Below, piece after piece: positions 8,969 through 17,644 of a stretch of 36,280 bases of DNA. Position 1 is the stretch's first letter. Every line of letters starts with the position of its first letter. Source of the DNA: a virus; IMG/VR virus record IMGVR_UViG_3300017816_000002. One strand, given 5' to 3'. The position numbers and the translations under genes are program-made. Below the pieces are notes generated by a model. That model had not been told where the DNA came from. It did not search any database and saw only the letters and a program-made list of their open reading frames with translations.

Positions 8969-9404
8969 CGCGCTGCCGGACGTGCTGCGGGGCGCGCCGA
9001 CCTACGAGCAGGTGAGGGAGCTTGAGGCCGCCATTTCCGTGCTGCCTCCCGCTGAAATCGAGTACGAACACCACTTCTCTGATGGGGTGTACACCCGTGT
9101 CATGCACGCCCCCGCCGGGACCGTGATGGTCGGGAAGATCCACAGGCACTCGACCGTGAACATCCTGGCGAAGGGGGCGATCAAGGCAACCTCGGAGGAT
9201 GGAACCGTGCGGGTTCTGGAGGCGCCGTGCGTGTTCGTCTCTCCGCCCGGCTGCAAAAAGGTTGGCCTCGCCCTGACGGACATCACGTGGATCAACGTCC
9301 ACGCTACCAAATTGACTGACCTCGCAGCCATCGAGGCCAAATTCATTGTGCCGGAGCCGCGGGCCCGGATTGTGGAGGAAAATGCATGTCTTGGGTCGCA
9401 GTAG
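8961..9404 (+). CDS. Hypothetical protein with a cupin-like beta-barrel pattern (147 aa)
   Basis: HHFSDGVYTRVMHAPAGTVMVGKIHRHSTVNILAKGAI...VFVSPPGCKKVG alternates beta-strand-like segments with conserved His residues. Sits between the hub and ejection genes. Confidence 0.6.
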   Translation: MTDALPDVLRGAPTYEQVRELEAAISVLPPAEIEYEHHFSDGVYTRVMHAPAGTVMVGKIHRHSTVNILAKGAIKATSEDGTVRVLEAPCVFVSPPGCKKVGLALTDITWINVHATKLTDLAAIEAKFIVPEPRARIVEENACLGSQ

Positions 9405-9982
9405 GCACCGCTGTTGTTGGCACCGCCGTCAATGCCATTGGGCAGAAGAAGGCCGCCGCAGCGCAGCAGAAGGGCTACAACGCCGCCACCGCAGAGCAGG
9501 CGCGCCAGTTTGACATTGCCCGTGAGGACCAAATGCCCTGGATGCAGGCCGGGCATCGCGCCCTGGGGCAGATGGAGCAGCTGAACGCGGGGAATTTTTC
9601 CAGCTTCAAGGAGTCACCCGACTACCAGTTTGCCCTGACGCAAGGCTTGCAGGGGCTGGATCGCTCTGCTGCTGCGCGAGGCGCGCTGTGGTCCGGCGGC
9701 GCGGACGCGGATCGCATGGCGTATGCCTCGGGCCTCGCCTCGCAGAACTACGGGAACTACTACAACCGTCTTGCGGGCCTTGCCGGCATTGGACAGTCCA
9801 CGGCTACCAATCTCGGGAACGTGGGCATGACCTACGCCGCCAATGTTGGCAATCTCGCGGTTGGCGCTGGAAATGCTCGGGCCTCTGGGTACCAGCAGCG
9901 ATATGGCGGCTATGCGAACGCACTGACTGGGATCGGCGGGGCGATCAACAATTGGTACAGCCAGCGCTCCGTTGGCGCTTAA
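9386..9982 (+). CDS. Internal virion / ejection protein (gp7 position)
   Basis: 198 aa with a GGAGGA SD. Gly/Ala/Asn-rich with an N-terminal hydrophobic segment (WVAVGTAVVGTAV). Synteny with the P22 ejection genes. Confidence 0.68.
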   Translation: MSWVAVGTAVVGTAVNAIGQKKAAAAQQKGYNAATAEQARQFDIAREDQMPWMQAGHRALGQMEQLNAGNFSSFKESPDYQFALTQGLQGLDRSAAARGALWSGGADADRMAYASGLASQNYGNYYNRLAGLAGIGQSTATNLGNVGMTYAANVGNLAVGAGNARASGYQQRYGGYANALTGIGGAINNWYSQRSVGA

Positions 9983-9994
9983 CCGGGGGGTTCG

Positions 9995-11560
9995 ATGGAT
10001 TCCAACTACAACCCGCTTGCCGCCATCCAGTATGTACAGCAGCAGGGCGAGCTGGGCCGCCTGCGCGGGCAGCAAAACCGACTCGCCCAGCTCGCCTCAA
10101 GTGCGTACACCGCGCAGCCCGCAGAGCGTGCGGCGATTTTTGGGCAGATGGCGCAGGTCGACCCGACCTCTGCATTCCAGGCTGAGGAGGCGTTTGGAAA
10201 GCGCGACAACTCGCGCATTGCTAACCTCGCCGCCAAGGCCAGGTACGTGGTGAATATGGCCAAGGCCGGGCAATCTCAGGCGGTGGCGGGCATCTACCCG
10301 CAGCTGGCGCAGGAGGCCCGGCAGCTGGGCCTGGGCGACGTGCCGCTGGAGTGGAGTGACGAGTTCATTCCGGGGCTGGAACAGCTGGCGAGCTACCAGG
10401 CCCGGCCCGACGAGGGCGCGCCGGCCGGGTACCGCCAGTTCCAGATGATGGCCGAGGCCGCTGGGCTCAGGCCGGGCACCCCCGAGTACCAGCAGGCCGC
10501 GAAGATCGCGCTGGGGCAGGAGGGGCGGGCCAGCAGCGCTGGCTTCGGCTTCGACAGCATCGACATCGGCGACGGCCGCCCGCGCCGGTCCCGCGAGAAT
10601 CCGCGCACGGGCGCGCTGGAGTACTACGACGAGCGGGTGGGCGGATGGGTGCAGCTCGGCGGCCCGTCCGCAATGGGCATGCCCGCGCCGGCGGCCACGC
10701 CGCAGCGAGGCGCTCCGACGGCCGTCACGGGCACCCAGGCCGATGCGGAGGAGGCGGCCAATCTCGCAAACGCCTACTACCAGCAGCTCCGGGCGGCTGG
10801 CCTGCCGGACGAGCAGGCGGTGCAGGCGACCGAGGTCTACCTGCAGCGGCTGCAGCGGCAGAGCGTCAGCGCTCCTGCGCCTGCCGGCGCGCCCTCGGCG
10901 GGGGCGCCCCTGCTGGTGCCCGACATGCAGCGCGGCGGACTGGTCGCGCCCCCGGGGATCGGCGCCGGCCGGACCAAGGAGGAGGAAGCGGCCGCGGCCG
11001 AGGCCGCCAAGATCGGTGTGCAGCTGGAGTACGCCCCGCGGGTGGCCGCGGCTGAGGCCGCCGCGACGCGGCTCAATGAGCAGGCCAAAGCAGAAGCCGA
11101 GCGCGACGCCAAGGCCGCCGGCCGCCAGCAGGACGCCGACGACGCCCTGGAGCTGCTGGCGGAGGCAGAGCGGCTGCTTCCGGCGGCGACCGGCGGCCGC
11201 ATCCCCGCACTCGGTGACGCCGTGGCCGGTGCGTTCGGCGTGGCCACGGACGGCGCGCGGGCGAACGCTGCACTGGCGACGCTCGCCGGCCAGCTGACCG
11301 CGAAGATGCCGCGGATGGAAGGCCCGCAGTCCGACCGCGACGTGCAGATGTACAAAGAGATGGCCGGCGACCTGGCCAACGCCAACCTGCCCCGCGAGGT
11401 GCGCATGGCGGCGCTGCGGCAGATCCGACGCTTGCGACAGAAGTACGCAAGCGGCGGCGCTGCCCAGCCTGCGCGCGTCCGGACCCCCGATGACTATGCC
11501 CGGCTGCCCTCCGGTGCCACCTACATCGCGCCCGACGGCTCCGTGCGGAGGAAGAGGTGA
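9995..11560 (+). CDS. Internal virion / ejection protein (gp20 position)
   Basis: 521 aa, Ala/Gln-rich and largely helical. Overlaps the next gene (ATGA-type coupling). Confidence 0.68.
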   Translation: MDSNYNPLAAIQYVQQQGELGRLRGQQNRLAQLASSAYTAQPAERAAIFGQMAQVDPTSAFQAEEAFGKRDNSRIANLAAKARYVVNMAKAGQSQAVAGIYPQLAQEARQLGLGDVPLEWSDEFIPGLEQLASYQARPDEGAPAGYRQFQMMAEAAGLRPGTPEYQQAAKIALGQEGRASSAGFGFDSIDIGDGRPRRSRENPRTGALEYYDERVGGWVQLGGPSAMGMPAPAATPQRGAPTAVTGTQADAEEAANLANAYYQQLRAAGLPDEQAVQATEVYLQRLQRQSVSAPAPAGAPSAGAPLLVPDMQRGGLVAPPGIGAGRTKEEEAAAAEAAKIGVQLEYAPRVAAAEAAATRLNEQAKAEAERDAKAAGRQQDADDALELLAEAERLLPAATGGRIPALGDAVAGAFGVATDGARANAALATLAGQLTAKMPRMEGPQSDRDVQMYKEMAGDLANANLPREVRMAALRQIRRLRQKYASGGAAQPARVRTPDDYARLPSGATYIAPDGSVRRKR

Positions 11561-13740
11561 TGGCGAACCCGTGGGATCAGGATGAGCTGATCGCGCCCGC
11601 GCCGGTCGCCACCCAGCAACCTGCGGCTGCCGCGGCGCCGTGGGAGCAGGACGAGATCCTGGCGCCGGCCGGCTATTGGGACAACGGCTCGGCTCTGCAA
11701 GGCGACGGCGAGCTCGGCGGCGACGGCACGTTGGAGATCGACATCATCGGCGGCACCCCTGCCAGCGAGACGCAGATGCGCGCTCCACTGGCGGCCCAGG
11801 TGGGCGATGACGCCAGGTCGTTGTTCGCGCTCGACTCCGATATCAGGGAGGGTACCCCTCTGCACGCCGGCCACGCCCTGGTGGCCGCGGCCAAGGACAT
11901 GTTCGGCACCCAGCGCAGCGTGGCCGAGTACGTGGCGGAGAAGAGCGGCGGGCGCGTTGCGCGCACCAGCGACGGCGGCTACGGCGTGATCCTGCCGGAT
12001 GGTCGCGAGTACCGGGTCAACGAGGCGGGGCTGGATTCGACGGACGTGGCCAACGTGGTCGGCAACGCCGCCGCCTTTTTCCTCCCGGCCACCTGGGCCG
12101 GTCGGGTCGCCCAGGCCCGCAACCTTGGCCTGGTGGCGCGCATGGGCCTGCAGGGGGCGACCGCGGCCGGCACCGATGCAGCGCTGCAGGCGGGCGCGAC
12201 CGGCGGCGACGTGGACCCCAGCCGCACGGCCGCTGCGGCTGCCGGCGGCATCGCCGGCGAAGCAGCCGGAACGGCTATCGGCTACGGCGTGAACCGGCTC
12301 GCTGCTGCCTCGCGCACTGCCAGCGGCGCGAACGCGCGTCAGGCACAGAACCTGCTGGCTGGCGCCGGCGCGCCGTCCGCGCCGCGTCAGGTGGTCAACC
12401 GCCTTGCTGGTGGCATGGAGGAGGTGCTCGCTGGCGCGGACCCGAACGCCATCCTCGGGCGTGAGCTGTACGGGTTCCAGTACACACTCGGGCAGCGCTT
12501 GGCCGACCCGGTGCGACGGTTCGATCAGCTCAGCCGCGAAGAGGTACTGCGGCAGGCTCCCGGCGCCGGAGGCGTGTTCCAGCGCGCCGCGGACGCGAAC
12601 CGCCAGCGCCTTGGCGAAGTGGTCGACGACCTGGGCACCCGCCTTGGCGGCCAGCCCGGCGCCACGCCGGCGGAGCTGGCGCAGGGTGCGGCCTCGCGCT
12701 TGCAGGGACAGGCACGCGCGCTCGAGCAGCGGATCCAGGCGGCCTATCAGGAGGCAGGCCGCGGCGGGCGCGCCGCCGTCGGTGTGGGCGCCATAGAGTC
12801 GCTGCCGGGCCGCCTGCGCGCCGCCGTGGCAGACTTCGGGGTCAACCCCGAGCTGCACCCCGCCGCCAGCCGGACGCTCGCTCAGCTCGCGGAGGCGGCC
12901 AGCCAGGCCCAGCAGGGCAACATCAAGGGCGTGACCCTCAAGGCCATCGAAACCCAGCGCCGGATCATCAACAACAACGTCGGCGCCGCGAAGAATCCCG
13001 CGGACCGCGCCGCCACGCTGGCGATCAAGCGCGAGTTTGACGGCTGGCTGGACGAGGCCGTGGAGAGTTCGCTGGTGTCCGGCGACCCGGTCGCGCTGCA
13101 GGCGCTCAAGGACGCCCGGCAGCTGCGGTTCGAATACGGCCGGCGGTTCGAGGGCAAGGAGGAGGCCGACCGCTTCATCAGCGGCCTACTGGACGGCAGC
13201 CGGACCCCGGAGGAGCTGGTCAACATAGCCCTCGGCGCCTCGCAGGTCAGTAAGGCCGGCGGCGCGCGGTTCATCGAGCGACTGCGCCAGGCGTCTGGCA
13301 ACGACCCGGAGGTCATCGGCGCCCTGCGTGCGGCGCACTTCCAGCGCATGGCGATCGGCGCCAACGGCGAGCCGCTGGCGATGGGCCAGATCGTCCGCAA
13401 CATCAAGGCGACCGAGTACGGCAACGCCAGCATCGTGCGGGCGCTGTACAGCCCGCAGGAGTGGGCCGAGGTGCGCCGGCTGGCCGCGGTGCTGGATCCG
13501 CTTGTGGCCAAGGGCGACATGGCGCGGACGTCGGGCACGGCCGAGCGGATGGCCCGGATGATGTTCCAGCGCATCGGCGGCGGTCTGCCGTTCGTGGGCG
13601 AGATGGTCCGCGCGGTGGGCGATGTCCAGTCGACGATGGCCGCGCAGCGTGCGCTAAGCCAGCCGCTGCGGCTGCCTGCGCAGGCACCGGCAGCTGCAGT
13701 GCCAACCGGAGCGGCCCTTGGACAGGAGGTCCAGCGCTAG
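11557..13740 (+). CDS. Internal virion / ejection protein (gp16 position)
   Basis: 727 aa, Ala/Gly-rich, the last gene of the ejection block. Its TAG stop (13738-13740) shares the CTAG tetranucleotide with the stop of the convergent minus-strand gene. Confidence 0.68.
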   Translation: MMANPWDQDELIAPAPVATQQPAAAAAPWEQDEILAPAGYWDNGSALQGDGELGGDGTLEIDIIGGTPASETQMRAPLAAQVGDDARSLFALDSDIREGTPLHAGHALVAAAKDMFGTQRSVAEYVAEKSGGRVARTSDGGYGVILPDGREYRVNEAGLDSTDVANVVGNAAAFFLPATWAGRVAQARNLGLVARMGLQGATAAGTDAALQAGATGGDVDPSRTAAAAAGGIAGEAAGTAIGYGVNRLAAASRTASGANARQAQNLLAGAGAPSAPRQVVNRLAGGMEEVLAGADPNAILGRELYGFQYTLGQRLADPVRRFDQLSREEVLRQAPGAGGVFQRAADANRQRLGEVVDDLGTRLGGQPGATPAELAQGAASRLQGQARALEQRIQAAYQEAGRGGRAAVGVGAIESLPGRLRAAVADFGVNPELHPAASRTLAQLAEAASQAQQGNIKGVTLKAIETQRRIINNNVGAAKNPADRAATLAIKREFDGWLDEAVESSLVSGDPVALQALKDARQLRFEYGRRFEGKEEADRFISGLLDGSRTPEELVNIALGASQVSKAGGARFIERLRQASGNDPEVIGALRAAHFQRMAIGANGEPLAMGQIVRNIKATEYGNASIVRALYSPQEWAEVRRLAAVLDPLVAKGDMARTSGTAERMARMMFQRIGGGLPFVGEMVRAVGDVQSTMAAQRALSQPLRLPAQAPAAAVPTGAALGQEVQR

Positions 13741-13979
13741 AGCTTGTCGATATGCCCGTCGCGTAGCCAGCGGCGGCGGGCGGCATTCCAGCCGACGGTG
13801 AAGGCCACTGCCGCGACGATCACCAAGGCGAACCACCACATGCCTAGCCAGAATGCCGGTCCGAAAGCGATGAGCATGGACGCCACGGTCGTGATGGTCA
13901 GACCGATTTTGTCCTCGCAGAACCAGATCACGACCCGCCGCCAGCGGGAAAGATGGGCTAGGGACTCGTACTCAGCCAT
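13737..13979 (-). CDS. Small membrane protein B (80 aa, about 2 TM), antisense to the late operon
   Basis: Start ATG 13979 (MAEYESLAHL...). Hydrophobic stretches LTITTVASMLIAFGPAFWLGMWWFALVIVAAVAFTV. Good GC3. 8-nt overlap (ATGGCTGA) with the upstream gene. Confidence 0.7.
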   Translation of the reverse strand: MAEYESLAHLSRWRRVVIWFCEDKIGLTITTVASMLIAFGPAFWLGMWWFALVIVAAVAFTVGWNAARRRWLRDGHIDKL

Positions 13980-14196
13980 TGCTCTGCACCACGAACCAGA
14001 GGATAAGCGCGCCGACCACCAGCAGCGGCCAGAGCAGCGCCGCGAGACCCGCAGCGATTGCCGAGGGGATCCAGCCGAGGCCGCCCCCCAGAAGGAAACC
14101 GTACTCGGCAATGCAGTACAGCCAACACGCGGCGAACACGGCGAGCCCGACAAGGGCGGTAACCGCTTCGTAGAGACAGCCCCCTAGGTCGTCCAT
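13972..14196 (-). CDS. Small membrane protein A (74 aa, 2-3 TM), antisense to the late operon
   Basis: MDDLGGCLYEAVTALVGLAVFAACWLYCIAEYGFLLGGGLGWIPSAIAAGLAALLWPLLVVGALILWFVV is almost entirely hydrophobic helices. Good GC3. Confidence 0.7.
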   Translation of the reverse strand: MDDLGGCLYEAVTALVGLAVFAACWLYCIAEYGFLLGGGLGWIPSAIAAGLAALLWPLLVVGALILWFVVQSNG

Positions 14197-14213
14197 GTCG
14201 CCCTTTTACCACA

Positions 14214-14241
14214 GCCCCGGCACGCCCGGGGTTTCGCTTTT
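14214..14241 (+). terminator. Intrinsic terminator inside the late operon, just upstream of the tail-fibre genes
   Basis: CCCCGG (14215-14220) pairs with CCGGGG (14226-14231) across a 5-nt loop. It is followed by TTTCGCTTTT. The tail-fibre SD (CAGGAG) and ATG 14253 follow immediately. Confidence 0.65.
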
Positions 14242-14252
14242 CAGGAGATCCC

Positions 14253-15080
14253 ATGTCCGTCCATCAGCTGATCGACCCCTTGGTCGCCCTGGACAACCTG
14301 CTGGGCACCGGCATCGCCCCCGGCGGGAAACTGCACTTCTACGACCTGGGGACCACCACCCCGAAAAACACCTGGAAGGACGCCGACAAGGCCGCCCTGA
14401 ACACAAACCCGGTGGTTCTCAACTCTGCCGGGCGCGTCCCCTATCAGGTTTGGGGCGATGGCGACTATACCGTCAAATTCGAGGCAGCGGACGGCTCGAC
14501 CATCGTGGCGGCGGTGGAAATCCGTGACCCGGCACCTGCGGCCCAATCCCTGCCGCCCATGACCGGCAATGCGGGGAAGTTCCTGGCCACTGATGGGACT
14601 CAGGCCGAATGGCAGCCGATCATACAGCTCCCTGACCCGTCTGGCTCTGCTGGCATGTTCCCCGTGGTGAACTCGACCGGTGACGGGTACGTCCTCCAGT
14701 CCCAGCCTGAGATGCCGGAGCCTGAGTACTCTGGCAGCACTTCGATCTGGCGCTGGAAAACCGGCAGTGGCGATGACATGGCGATCCTGTTCGGCACCGG
14801 CACTGCGCCCGCCAGCAACGCCAAGGCCACCACTGCCAGCATCAGTTTCAGCCCTGCGTTCACCAAGTTGATGCACGTGAGCGTGACGACCACCGGATCG
14901 TCCTACACCAGCTCCGGCGCACTGGTGGACAACTCCGTTACGGGCTGGACGGCGGGCGCGGCCTCGTCTGGCGTGACGGTCAATTTCAACGTGTCCGACG
15001 ACGATACCAACTCGTCATGGAAGATCAGCACCAGCATCCCATTCTCGTGGGTCGCGTTCGGTTTCGTGGCGCCTGAGTAA
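14253..15080 (+). CDS. Tail fibre / tailspike protein 1
   Basis: 275 aa. The N-terminus LIDPLVALDNLLGTGIAPGGKLHFYDLGTTTPKNTWKD...NPVVLNSAGR resembles phage tail-fibre N-terminal anchor domains. Position is equivalent to P22 gene 9. Confidence 0.7.
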   Translation: MSVHQLIDPLVALDNLLGTGIAPGGKLHFYDLGTTTPKNTWKDADKAALNTNPVVLNSAGRVPYQVWGDGDYTVKFEAADGSTIVAAVEIRDPAPAAQSLPPMTGNAGKFLATDGTQAEWQPIIQLPDPSGSAGMFPVVNSTGDGYVLQSQPEMPEPEYSGSTSIWRWKTGSGDDMAILFGTGTAPASNAKATTASISFSPAFTKLMHVSVTTTGSSYTSSGALVDNSVTGWTAGAASSGVTVNFNVSDDDTNSSWKISTSIPFSWVAFGFVAPE

Positions 15081-16429
15081 TGAGCGATAGCCCGATTCTA
15101 CCCCGGCCCGAGACGTGGACCGGAACGAGGGAGTGGTATGCATTTTTTCGCTCCCTTGCGCAGAGGCAGCAACAAGGATCGCCTGACGTATCGGCGATTG
15201 AGCGCCGCGTAGAGAGGCTAGAGAACAAATCGCCCGACACGATGCTCGCCGCAGGGTCCGTTGAGATTAACGGCAGCGTCATCCAGCTCTCTGGTGATGT
15301 TTCGCAGCCGCTGGGCAGCCAGTTCTACGGTACGGATGCCCACGGAAATCGCGGCTGGTACACCGCCACGGATTCCATTGAAGCCGGCTACGGCATCATC
15401 AAATCGCCTGCGGACGGCTACACCTACAAGGGCGAGCTAAAGGACGAGGGCGACCTTCCGGGGACTGCCAGCGAGGGCGACGCCTACCTGATCGACGGCG
15501 CGTATTGGGTGTGGGAGTCGGGCGGCTGGGTGTACAAGGGAATCCCCTCCAACGTAGCGCGTCTGTCCCTGCCGGCTGGCACAAACAAGGATGATGGCCT
15601 GCTATGGAAGCCGGGTGCCGATCCTGACTACGAGGTCGCCCCCGTCGTCCGTAACCCGATGGCGGCCACGGGTGATTTGATCTATCGCAACTCTGCCGGA
15701 GCGCCTGCTCGGCTGGCGGCAGGGTCGAATGGCGATCATCTGGTGGTTTCAGGCGGCATTCCTGCGTGGCAGACGCCAACATACGGCAACCTCGTCGCTG
15801 GCTCCAACGTCACTCTCAGCGGCACGCTGACCGGTCGATTGGTCGGCTCTGGCAATGTGACGATCTCTGCCACCGGCGGCGGGGGCGGCTTCCCGTTCGT
15901 GCCACCGCCGCAAACGGGCTGGTCCTGGGTAAACCAGGGCAGCGCAACGATAACGAGCACCCCGGATTACCAGCTTATCTCCGGCGGCAGTTCGCCGTCG
16001 CTCAACTGCCGCATGCGCACAAGGGCCGCGCCCGCCGCGCCGTATGCAGTCACGATGGGGATCGAAGTGACCGCCAGAAGCAACAGCGACAGTGCCGTGG
16101 CGGCATTCTGGCGGGACAGTTCATCTGGCAGGCTGACGTTCTATGGATTCCTGAACGGGTCCATCCAGTCCGCAAACTACAACAACCCCAGCAGCTACAA
16201 TTCGCTGGTTTTCAACCACTCCGTGTTTCTTGGCCCGATTCTTTGGCTCCGTCTTGAGGATGATGGCGTCAACAGGTCGATCAGCTACTCAAGCAACGGG
16301 TACGACTTCATCGTCCTGCACACGTCGGCGCGAACCGATTTCATCACACCCGATGAGATCGGGTTCATGACCCTGGTGAACAACAGCATGACGCCGGCGC
16401 ATGCGCGACTCGTACACTGGCAGATCTAG
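15080..16429 (+). CDS. Tail fibre / receptor-binding protein 2
   Basis: 449 aa with a TAATG overlap to fibre 1. Gly/Ser/Thr-rich with a beta-rich C-terminus (jelly-roll/lectin-like by eye). Last gene of the late operon. Confidence 0.68.
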   Translation: MSDSPILPRPETWTGTREWYAFFRSLAQRQQQGSPDVSAIERRVERLENKSPDTMLAAGSVEINGSVIQLSGDVSQPLGSQFYGTDAHGNRGWYTATDSIEAGYGIIKSPADGYTYKGELKDEGDLPGTASEGDAYLIDGAYWVWESGGWVYKGIPSNVARLSLPAGTNKDDGLLWKPGADPDYEVAPVVRNPMAATGDLIYRNSAGAPARLAAGSNGDHLVVSGGIPAWQTPTYGNLVAGSNVTLSGTLTGRLVGSGNVTISATGGGGGFPFVPPPQTGWSWVNQGSATITSTPDYQLISGGSSPSLNCRMRTRAAPAAPYAVTMGIEVTARSNSDSAVAAFWRDSSSGRLTFYGFLNGSIQSANYNNPSSYNSLVFNHSVFLGPILWLRLEDDGVNRSISYSSNGYDFIVLHTSARTDFITPDEIGFMTLVNNSMTPAHARLVHWQI

Positions 16430-16589
16430 CGGGGATTCCACGGCCAGCCATCCACCGCGCGGTCCGGGGGGCGCCTCGGCTGCTGGTCGCGCATTCCCGA
16501 CGACCTAATCAGCATTCCCCTACGCCCCCACGAATCCACCTGCGCCACCATCCCCCTGCCAGCAGCGCGCCAACGATTCGTCCGCGCGT

Positions 16590-16608
16590 GGCCCCGTCCG
16601 GCGGGGCC
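16590..16608. terminator. GC hairpin between the convergent late operon and the three-gene cassette
   Basis: GGCCCCG (16590-16596) pairs with CGGGGCC (16602-16608) across a 5-nt loop. It lies 10 nt beyond the cassette stop. There is no U tract on either strand. Confidence 0.4.
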
Positions 16609-16617
16609 GGCTGGCGC

Positions 16618-16830
16618 TCATTCAATGGGGGGCAACCCCGCCTCGATCGCTGCGCACGCGAGCAGCAGCGTACGCGGCGTGCGGATCGGCTCGCCCGTCC
16701 GGCGGTTCGTGCCGCGCTCCTGGTCCTGGTAGCTCGTCAGCGCCAGGCCGAGGGCCTCGGCTGCGGCGCGCTGTGACAGGCCCAGGCGCTCGCGCCAGAT
16801 CCGCAGCGGGGTTGCCGGCGCCGCGCTCAT
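16618..16830 (-). CDS. Cassette gene 3: small XRE-family HTH protein (70 aa)
   Basis: Start ATG 16830 (ATGA overlap with gene 2). LRIWRERLGLSQRAAAEALGLALTSYQDQERG is a canonical XRE helix-turn-helix. Confidence 0.78.
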   Translation of the reverse strand: MSAAPATPLRIWRERLGLSQRAAAEALGLALTSYQDQERGTNRRTGEPIRTPRTLLLACAAIEAGLPPIE

Positions 16831-17261
16831 GCGCGCCCCGGCGGAAGGCTGACGTGCTGGCCAGCGGCGTCCTCGGCCGCGACCTCGGCCGCGATGTCCT
16901 CCGCTACCGGGTCCGCCGGCTCGCCGCGAGCGCGGGCCGCGTGATACCACGCGGTGATGATCGTGGCCAGGCCGTCGTCGCCGGCTTGCATAAGCGCGGC
17001 AGCGGCATCGCCGCTGGCCGCAGCGATCTGCTCCAACGGGGCCGTCTCAAACGACAGATCGCCGTTGCCCTCGCGGCGCAGCCGCAGGTCCGCAAACCGC
17101 AGGTTTTCGGGGATGGTGATGCGCAGCGTCTGTGCGGCCATCGCGGCCTCCACGTTGTGCACGATCCAGTCGGTCAGCCGCATGCCGGCGCCCCTGGACG
17201 CGCGAACCCAGCGGCCCTTGAGGGCCGCCGGGACGCGCAGGTGGATGATGGAGTCGGTCAT
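16827..17261 (-). CDS. Cassette gene 2: 144-aa protein with a ribbon-helix-helix-like N-terminus
   Basis: Start ATG 17261 (ATGA overlap with gene 1). IIHLRVPAALKGRWVRASRGAGMRLTDWIVHNVEAA fits a strand-helix-helix pattern. The C-terminal ~100 aa are unassigned. Confidence 0.72.
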   Translation of the reverse strand: MTDSIIHLRVPAALKGRWVRASRGAGMRLTDWIVHNVEAAMAAQTLRITIPENLRFADLRLRREGNGDLSFETAPLEQIAAASGDAAAALMQAGDDGLATIITAWYHAARARGEPADPVAEDIAAEVAAEDAAGQHVSLPPGRA

Positions 17262-17575
17262 TCGGCCAACGCCTCGGCCTCGGGGGAGCTGCAGAACCGC
17301 TCCCAGATGCGGTTGCGGTCGGTCAGCAGCCGCTCGGCGCGGGCGGCGAGGTCGGCGTCGTCGGCGTCCACGGTCGTCTCCCTGACGCACCCCTCGGCGC
17401 TCTGCACGTCGATCTGGATGTCGACCTCGTGCCCCTCGGCCGCCAGCTCGGCCAGGTCGTCGCGCCAGCGCTGCTCCATGAACTTGGCGAGAGCCTGGGC
17501 GGCCTCGTAGTTGTCGCGCCAGCCGTCGCCCAGGTTGCCGTCCAGAATCTGCGCGGTGATCGTGATGGTGGTCAT
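17258..17575 (-). CDS. Cassette gene 1: strongly acidic 105-aa protein
   Basis: AGGAG SD 7 nt upstream of ATG 17575. 24 Asp+Glu versus 10 Lys+Arg by my count. No recognisable family. Confidence 0.72.
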   Translation of the reverse strand: MTTITITAQILDGNLGDGWRDNYEAAQALAKFMEQRWRDDLAELAAEGHEVDIQIDVQSAEGCVRETTVDADDADLAARAERLLTDRNRIWERFCSSPEAEALAE

Positions 17576-17644
17576 GACGTTTCTCCTGTCGTGGAATCCC
17601 GGTTCCGCCGGGGCGGCGGTCGGGCTGTCCCCGACCGTGGTGCC

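Noticed and set aside
10645-11406. Alternative-frame ORFs within the ejection-protein genes (for example 10645..11055, 10743..11297 and 10837..11406)
   Set aside because: These are Ala/Arg/Pro-rich overlapping frames produced by the GC-rich, Ala-rich coding sequence. There is no independent start signal.
13980-14153. Long form (138 aa) of the distal membrane-protein ORF
   Set aside because: The N-terminal 58 aa are Ser/Arg/Cys-rich and overlap the upstream membrane gene in another frame. ATG 13979 gives a clean two-TM protein.
14253-16429. Diversity-generating retroelement (variable or template repeats plus RT) near the tail-fibre genes
   Set aside because: No reverse transcriptase ORF and no ~100-150-bp near-repeat of the fibre 3' end could be seen anywhere in the window.
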